Shown here one piece after another: positions 60,915-64,000 of a stretch of 64,000 nucleotides of DNA. The stretch's first letter is position 1. Each line of letters starts with the position of its first letter. The stretch spans positions 42,036,001 to 42,100,000 of the forward strand of contig NC_088857.1 of the NCBI RefSeq assembly GCF_963853765.1, given 5' to 3'. The stretch is from Magallana gigas (lineage: Eukaryota). The notes under the pieces were generated by a model. That model was given only the letters and a program-made list of their open reading frames with translations. It was not told the DNA's origin and searched no databases. The translations under genes were made by a program, and so were the position numbers.

Positions 60915-63086
60915 CTGATGCTTCACACAAGACTTAATATGCTTTCTTGCAGATATCGTCGTTCCAGAATCCTTTCACATAATTATTAATGGCACAGCTT
61001 TCTTTCCCAACGTTATTATCGGGTTGTCCTTTGTACCATCTTGTGTTCTCACTTTTCCCAGTTGATAATGTCACCCATTTTCCCTCCGTACCAATGTCAG
61101 TAAAATCAATCCAGTATGCAACTGTTTGTAAAAATTTATTAATGAAATTTGAGATTGTACAATTTTTAAGCTTCATTCATTCAATATGGGTAATTTGAGG
61201 TATGGAAACCGAAGGAAGCAGACTGATTGACAAACTTTAACAGTGGTGAAAGAGTATAGCCACCCCCTCCGGTTTCGTCGTTAAGGTATCTCACTCCTCA
61301 CGTTTTGATTTCTTTGCGCAGATGTTCATTATATTTTAATGCAGTATGATTTTATTCATTTAAACCTCACAGAAAGATCATCATTTCATAATTACATATC
61401 ATTCATAAAGAAAATTCATTTGATTTCAAAAAACAAACAAGTTTTGGGGAAACTATTTTTTTTAGTGGAAAATGACAGAAACAAGCAATTTTCAATATAC
61501 TTTTCTTTTTATCATACTTTATTCAATATTCACATTTTTAACATTTGATATGTTTATGACATGTTCTATAGGTCCTGTGTGACTTGTATAAAACTAAATG
61601 TTGAGAGCGTGAAAGATGTTTAGCATTAAATCATGCAAATATATAGAAAATGTGTGAATTTTTTTTTGCCAAATTTTGCGAGAAATTTACCATTGAAGCT
61701 CCATATATCTAAAATTTGACATCACTGACTCCTATGTTGTTGGTTTTTTTTAATGTCAAAATGATACTGAATACATATCTAGGCAAACTGGATTAATCTT
61801 ATAAAATTCTTGATTTTTAAAATATTTTTATTTTAAATCAAATTGTAACTATTATAGAAATTGTCTATATAAAGTGCAAAAATGTCACACAAAAATTTAT
61901 GCAGCTTCATGCAATTTTTTCCGTTATCCCTCTATTCAGTGTGACCATTGTGTATAATTCAAAACAATACTTCAAGAAAAAAGTTTGCTCAATCAAAAAT
62001 ACTGACAACAAATCCTAATCAGGTCAAAAAGGTCAAATTTAATTTGCCATAACTCAGAGGGATGAACACTGACCTCCCATTATCTTTGTATTTTTTAAGT
62101 CTGTTTGTCTACAAATTTAAATGATATATTTCTCAGGAAATTCTTGTTACAAGTTCATTGAGGAGTGGAATAATTTTAAAATTTTAAATATTTTAAGAGA
62201 CCTTCTGAAACTGCTTCGTTCTAGTTACATAATTCAATCTAATCAATATATTAGATTCACAATTGTCGTTTCTCACAGTTTTCAGAAATAAGAAGTATTT
62301 ACGCAAGTTGTTGTGAGGAATACACGTACCAATTGGAAAATTCTTTGTGAGCCAGTTATTTTCATTTGCATCATTGATTTGAAGCAGTGTTGTCTTTTGG
62401 TTTCTGCAAAAAACCTTAAAAAAAAAACGTGGTTGTTGAAATAATACAGATTTATAGAAATATATAGAAATATTTTTGAACCCGATATATTTGAAATGCA
62501 ATGAAATCTTAAAAGAATTTACCCCCCCCCCCCCCAGTATAATTCAATTCTTTAAGACCCAAAGTATTTCAAAATGTATTAATAATTTTAGATTTAATTT
62601 CGGGATTTTGTTATGAAAACGTTATGCTGTGGAAATTACTAGTATTTAGTATTCAATACATGAAGTTTATCAAATACTTTTTACCTGTGCTTGAAACCAG
62701 TTCATTTTTTTGCTGAATAAATGGTAGCAATGACCGTTGTAACGTTTCCATCCTTTTTTACAAACTGTGACAATGTTAAATAATCTAAGTGACTTGGATT
62801 TTTTTTTGTTATTTAGAGATAGGGACGACCATAGATAGATTGAGTCTGTTAAAATTATTAAATATAGATACATACCAAATTTTTACAATTAGAAGACACA
62901 TATTTTATTCTTGTTTACCTTTATCATCTTTGTTTTCTTTTGAATGGAAGAAAACAGTTGAAAATGAAGTTCTGATATATTTTTCATCAAAACATCGTCT
63001 TCATTGAATTGTTCTGCCTCAGATGGTATTGAACGGAAGACCAGCGCCAAGAATACACAAAAAATACAAATCTCAAACGTTCTCAT
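60915..63086 (-). pseudogene. Perlucin-like secreted C-type lectin with a premature stop (pseudogene or null allele)
   Basis: Signal peptide MRTFEICIFCVFLALVFRSIPSEA (62919-63086). CTLD exons 62685-62764 (CKKGWKRYNGHCY..MNWFQAQ), 62330-62414 (VFCRNQKTTLLQINDANEN) and 60915-61121 (WIDFTD..EGKW..WYKGQPDN..ESC..WNDDIC). TAA at 60934-60936 lies in frame before VLCEAS. Confidence 0.7.
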
Positions 63087-63591
63087 TATAATGTGGCATG
63101 CACTGTACAATAAGATAGTATTCATCTGTTGGATCGTTCCAACATTGATTCTTTATATAGAGGATAAAGCTTGTAATGTGTAGCAGGTGCTAGCTCACTT
63201 ATATTTTGGGACATCTCGAGAGATACAATTTCATTTTAATTATGTCTAAAGTTGGACTGGTGTTTTATATCATTGTAAAGGCTATGTTCAATGAAACAAT
63301 ATCTCGATTCATTTCCCATGGGGGTGAGGGAGTGGGAGTGGCTGTAATTAGACTTGTGGGGAACTTATTAACCAACAGGAATCGTAATATTTCTTTTCTG
63401 TGATTGGTTTTCCATCCCAGGATAAAGGTTCACAAGTTTTATTATAGATGATTGATGTGAAAATGAAACTTGTACTAATTCACTCACGGTACAATATTAA
63501 TAATATAATTTCAATTATCAAATAGATATGGAATTATCACTTATATTACAGTAGTATCCAAAGATTCCGCAAGGTATCTCTTAGGAAAACT

Positions 63592-63691
63592 CATCATCGC
63601 TAGCAAAGGGTTTTCGGTCCACTTTGCTCTCCATAAACCCTTGGGTTTTTGGGGAGCAAAGTGGACCGAAAACCCTTGGCTAGCGGACATG
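63592..63691. mobile_element. 100-bp fold-back MITE
   Basis: Near-perfect hairpin GCTAGCAAAGGGTTTTCGGTCCACTTTGCTC..AAACCC / GGGTTT..GAGCAAAGTGGACCGAAAACCCTTGGCTAGC. Flanked by direct repeat AGGAAAACT (63583-63591, 63692-63700). Confidence 0.85.
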
Positions 63692-63858
63692 AGGAAAACT
63701 GCACTGTAGAATATATCTCGCAGGAGACCATGGGAAGTATCGTATTTGCTACTGTCATAAAATCATAAGAAAAACTAGCGCAGAGGTATCTATATCATAT
63801 GTCACAGGTGCGTACTCAGTAACCACACCCAACTACTCTCACAAACAACATCTACAAG

Positions 63859-63903
63859 ACAATCACGTGACACAAAAAAAATTTAAACCACAATCACGTG
63901 ACA
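63859..63903. promoter_or_regulatory. Tandem E-box/CLEAR-like sites
   Basis: ACAATCACGTGACA occurs twice (63859-63872, 63890-63903). Confidence 0.4.
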
Positions 63904-64000
63904 TCCGAAACAGTACTCAACCATTAAAAATCAATGCCTGTTTGAATGAAAAAGATGAATGAATTGAATTTTACTACAACAATACTACTAATATTACTGA

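Overview
Eukaryotic, AT-rich, intron-rich genomic DNA. The repeat content points to a true oyster (Ostreidae, Crassostrea/Magallana-like); this is an inference. I saw no prokaryotic features, CRISPR array, rRNA or intact tRNA gene. By splicing exons by hand (GT-AG/GC-AG, phase-checked) I reconstructed: TRMT11 (-, 14 exons, 477 aa); PSMF1/PI31 (+, 7 exons, 277 aa), head-to-head with TRMT11 and only 198 bp between the ATGs; a 379-aa FAM167/LURAP-like coiled-coil protein (-); a KGA-type glutaminase GLS (-, 15 exons, 611 aa); the 3' part of an orphan mucin-stalk single-pass receptor with two ITIM-consensus motifs (-); an SLC16/MCT-family transporter (+, 5 coding exons, 435 aa, one GC-AG intron); and a perlucin-like C-type lectin with a premature stop (-). 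Introns and intergenic DNA are packed with non-autonomous DNA transposons (Tc1/mariner-type, Kolobok-like, Helentron HINEs carrying satellite monomers, Crypton-like hairpins), a SINE, a LINE remnant and microsatellites. There is a 139-N gap at 28140-28278. The most notable items are: a young 1-kb fold-back element (98% identical arms, perfect 9-bp TSD) 21 bp after the receptor's stop codon; the ITIM receptor itself; minisatellites that amplify splice sites in three genes; and a strongly regional excess of the palindrome TACATGTA. All counts were made by eye and no database searches were run.
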